From Bacteroidota bacterium (GTDB lineage Bacteria; Bacteroidota; Ignavibacteria; Kapaibacteriales; UBA961), in contig JADZAA010000019.1 of assembly GCA_020852855.1 (NCBI GenBank), positions 1 to 60,801 of the forward strand: a stretch of DNA of 60,801 nucleotides. The letters are read 5' to 3'. Within the stretch, counting starts at the first letter, position 1. Every line of letters begins with the position of its first letter. Under the pieces are notes generated by a model. It was not told the origin of the DNA. It did not search any database and saw nothing but the letters and a program-made list of their open reading frames with translations. Both the position numbers and the translations under genes were made by a program. This document shows, in pieces, positions 58,067-60,801 of this stretch.

Positions 58067-60580
58067 ATGTCCGAATTAACGCAAGCCGATATAAAGAAGC
58101 CGATAAAAAAAGTCGCATCCGATAATGGAAAAACGTTGCGCAAACAGGCTGAAAAAAAGACTATGCCGAAAGATTCGACTCGTAAACAGAAACATTCCGA
58201 ATGGAACCGCGACGAAGTATTGCGCGACTATCGAACCGGCAGCCAAAGCCGTCAGGCCAGTTTGCTTGGTCGCCGCGAAGTGCTTACGGGAAAAGCTAAA
58301 TTCGGCATATTCGGCGACGGTAAAGAAGTGGCGCAACTTGCTATGGCACGCGCATTTCGCAAGGGAGATTTCCGTTCGGGTTATTATCGCGACCAGACCT
58401 TTATGTTCGCGCTTGGAATGTCGGACGTAAAGAAATTTTTCGCACAACTTTATGCACATGCAGATGTGGAAGCCGAGCCTTCGAGTGCAGGCCGTTCCAT
58501 GAACGGACATTTTGCAACACGTTTTCTAAATTCCGACGGTACTTGGAAAATATTAACCGAGCAATATAATTCTTCGGCCGACGTATCGCCTACAGGTTCG
58601 CAGATGCCGCGCCTTGTAGGACTTGGTTATGCCTCGAAATTATACCGCGGAGTTGATGAATTGGGGCAGTTTACGCAATTGTCCCGCAATGGGGACGAAG
58701 TGGCGTTCGGCACGATCGGCAATGCAAGCTGTGCCGAAGGAATGTTTTGGGAATCGGTAAATGCAATCGGCGTTCTCGGCGCACCTGTCGTAATATCAAT
58801 ATGGGACGACGGCTACGGAATTTCTGTACCTAATAAATATCAAATTGCAAAAGAAAGTTTAAGTGAAGTTCTTTCGGGTTTTCAGCGCACGCCCGAAGCA
58901 AAAACAGGCTTTGACATTCACGTTGCCCGCGGCTGGGATTATCCGGCGCTTGTGGAAACGTATCGCCGCGCCACAGATGTTGCACGGCGCGACCATGTGC
59001 CGCAAATTATTCATGTAATTGAGGTTACGCAACCGCAAGGACATTCTACGTCCGGCAGCCACGAGCGATATAAATCCAAAGAACGTTTAGATTGGGAAAT
59101 AGAATATGACGGACTGAAACGTATGCGCGAATGGATAATAGCCGAGGGCTTGGCTACGGCCGATGAACTTGACGGCTTTGAAAGAGAAGATGCAGAATTG
59201 GTGCGCGAATGGAAAGATTCGGCTTGGACTGCATATATTTCTCCTATTCGCAGTGAAATTGCAGAAGTTGCCAAGATTATGGACGCTCTCGCCGCCGTAA
59301 GTGTTAATTCCATAGAAATACAAGCTGCTCGCAATGAATTAACAAGCATACGAGAACCTTTCCGCCGCGATGCAATGGTTGCAATTCACAAGGTGCTATT
59401 GGCGATACGCTCCGAAAATCTACCTCAAAAACAAGAGCTGATCGCGTTGAAAAGCGACATTAATTCCCGATGCGGAGATTATTACGGAAGTCATTTATAC
59501 AGCACGACCGCAGAATCTGCGTTTAATACTTCTGCAATCGCACCTGTTTACGCAGAAAATGCACAGATGATTAACGGTTCGGAAATTATGAACGCTTGCT
59601 TTGATGCGGCTTTTGCCCGCGATGCCCGCATTGTGGCATTCGGCGAAGACGTGGGGCAGCTTGGCGATGTAAATCAAGGATTTATCGGATTGCAAAAAAA
59701 ATACGGCGAGCTCCGCGTAACCGATACCGGCATAAGGGAATTAACTATTTTAGGGCAGGCAATCGGGCTTGCCATGCGCGGACTTCGGCCTATTGCAGAA
59801 ATTCAATACTTGGATTATTTGCTTTATTCTTTGCAATTAATGTCCGACGACCTTGCCACTGTGCAATGGCGCACAAAAGGCGGACAAAAAGCACCGGTTA
59901 TCATTCGCACTCGCGGGCATAGATTGGAGGGGGTTTGGCATGCCGGCTCGCCCATGGCCGGAATAATCAATCTTGTGCGCGGCATTCACGTATGCGTACC
60001 GCGCAATATGACTCAAGCAGCAGGATTCTATAATTTACTGCTTCGCTCCGACGAGCCTGCTCTGATTGTGGAAGTGCTGAACGGCTATCGCTTGAAAGAG
60101 AAGTTACCCGAAAATATAGGTGAATTTACCGTTCCTCTCGGCGTACCCGAAATTCTGCGAAGCGGAAGTGATGTTACGATTGTAACTTACGGGGCATGTT
60201 GCCGTCCCGCCCTTGATGCCGCCGATATGTTGGAGAAAATAGGCATTTCGGTAGAAGTGGTAGACGTTCAGACTTTGTTGCCTTTCGATATTAACAGCGT
60301 TATTGTTAGCTCTTTGCAAAAAACCAATCGCATAATGTTTTTAGACGAAGATATGCCGGGCGGAACAACCGCATATATGATGCAACAAGTTATAGAGTGT
60401 CAGGGCGGCTATAAATATTTAGATACTGCTCCGCTTACGCTTTCGGCAAAGCCGCATCGTCCCGCTTACGGTACTGACGGAAATTATTGGTCGAAGCCGG
60501 AGGCAGAGCATATTTTTGAACGTATTTACGATATAATGCACGAATCAAATCCGCGCCGCTTCCCGATTTTTTACCGTTAA
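58067..60580 (+). CDS. Fused alpha/beta 2-oxoacid dehydrogenase E1 component (single-polypeptide E1)
   Basis: The N-terminal half is E1-alpha-like (GTIGNASCAEGMFWESVNA..PVVISIWDDGYGISV). The C-terminal half is E1-beta-like (FGEDVGQLGDVNQGF..LQKKYGELRV.DTGIRE). I chose the ATG at 58067. Confidence 0.88.
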   Translation: MSELTQADIKKPIKKVASDNGKTLRKQAEKKTMPKDSTRKQKHSEWNRDEVLRDYRTGSQSRQASLLGRREVLTGKAKFGIFGDGKEVAQLAMARAFRKGDFRSGYYRDQTFMFALGMSDVKKFFAQLYAHADVEAEPSSAGRSMNGHFATRFLNSDGTWKILTEQYNSSADVSPTGSQMPRLVGLGYASKLYRGVDELGQFTQLSRNGDEVAFGTIGNASCAEGMFWESVNAIGVLGAPVVISIWDDGYGISVPNKYQIAKESLSEVLSGFQRTPEAKTGFDIHVARGWDYPALVETYRRATDVARRDHVPQIIHVIEVTQPQGHSTSGSHERYKSKERLDWEIEYDGLKRMREWIIAEGLATADELDGFEREDAELVREWKDSAWTAYISPIRSEIAEVAKIMDALAAVSVNSIEIQAARNELTSIREPFRRDAMVAIHKVLLAIRSENLPQKQELIALKSDINSRCGDYYGSHLYSTTAESAFNTSAIAPVYAENAQMINGSEIMNACFDAAFARDARIVAFGEDVGQLGDVNQGFIGLQKKYGELRVTDTGIRELTILGQAIGLAMRGLRPIAEIQYLDYLLYSLQLMSDDLATVQWRTKGGQKAPVIIRTRGHRLEGVWHAGSPMAGIINLVRGIHVCVPRNMTQAAGFYNLLLRSDEPALIVEVLNGYRLKEKLPENIGEFTVPLGVPEILRSGSDVTIVTYGACCRPALDAADMLEKIGISVEVVDVQTLLPFDINSVIVSSLQKTNRIMFLDEDMPGGTTAYMMQQVIECQGGYKYLDTAPLTLSAKPHRPAYGTDGNYWSKPEAEHIFERIYDIMHESNPRRFPIFYR

Positions 60581-60600
60581 TTCTATTATTTGAAAATAAA

Positions 60601-60641
60601 AACGGCGTTCTTGCTTTAATGCAGAATGCCGTTTTCTTATT
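60601..60641 (+). terminator. Rho-independent terminator
   Basis: AACGGCGTTCT / AGAATGCCGTT stem (one G-U pair) with an 11-nt loop, followed by TTCTTATT. It lies 21 nt after the stop. Confidence 0.7.
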
Positions 60642-60676
60642 GATGTAAGTGTAAATATATTCCTGAATAATTTTCT

Positions 60677-60801
60677 GACTCAAAACTCAAAACTCAAAAC
60701 TCAAAACTCAAAACTCAAAACTCAAAACTCAAAACTCAAAACTCAAAACTCAAAACTCAAAACTCAAAACTCAAAACTCAAAACTCAAAACTCAAAACTC
60801 A
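60677..60801. repeat. Heptanucleotide tandem array GACTCAA (AACTCAA)n, about 18 units, truncated by the window end
   Basis: Direct reading: period 7, with no mismatch after the first unit. The array runs off the end of the window. Confidence 0.97.

Noticed and set aside
1-60801. The terminal arrays as telomeres of a linear replicon, or as the overlap of a circular contig
   Set aside because: The end units differ (AACTCAT versus AACTCAA). The same repeat also occurs internally at 9282-9323. The ends are inverted rather than direct, so they cannot be a circularisation overlap. The gene content is ordinary chromosomal housekeeping plus surface proteins. Assembly breakage at dispersed repeats is the simpler explanation.
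60677-60801. An open reading frame through the right array, encoding (NSKLKTQ)n
   Set aside because: No start codon or ribosome-binding site precedes it. It follows a terminator, and the apparent openness is a by-product of the AACTCAA unit lacking stop triplets.
1-60801. A mobile element, prophage or defence island
   Set aside because: No integrase, transposase, recombinase, phage structural, restriction-modification, toxin-antitoxin or cas-like motifs were recognised in any substantial ORF. No flanking tRNA or direct-repeat att-like sites were seen.

Overview
This looks like a chromosomal segment or whole contig from a bacterium of the Fibrobacteres-Chlorobi-Bacteroidetes (FCB) group. The taxonomic call is an inference from three things: many C-terminal sorting domains of the type IX secretion system (T9SS), a fused 2-oxoacid dehydrogenase E1 alpha/beta gene, and Shine-Dalgarno-like sites upstream of some genes. 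I support about 32 coding regions and found no rRNA, tRNA, CRISPR array, transposase or integrase.

Layout:
- 148-10396, minus strand: an eight-gene exopolysaccharide/surface-glycan operon.
- 10750-35978: a cell-surface region dominated by T9SS cargo. It includes a 1356-aa adhesin-like protein with repeated Ig-like domains and two tandem paralogous giant beta-helix proteins (2210 and 2347 aa).
- 36306-41885: four uncharacterised envelope genes directly downstream of the giants.
- Housekeeping genes: a HIT-rsmA-PAP2 operon, yggS, a short-chain dehydrogenase, clpC and selD.
- A 1167-aa CRTAC1/ASPIC-UnbV protein, two tandem BNR (Asp-box)/sialidase-fold T9SS paralogs and a lipase-like lipoprotein.
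- Split plus fused 2-oxoacid dehydrogenase E1 genes at the right end.

The most unusual sequence-level signal is a family of near-perfect heptanucleotide tandem arrays. One lies at each window end and a short one sits inside the polysaccharide operon, directly against a start codon. All three read AACTCAW (W = A or T) in the sense direction of the nearest upstream gene.

The most unusual gene-level signal is the concentration of T9SS cargo, about 37% of the window, together with the uncharacterised envelope cluster. No recognisable defence, toxin or mobile system is visible. All functional calls rest on motif recognition by eye, not on database searches.
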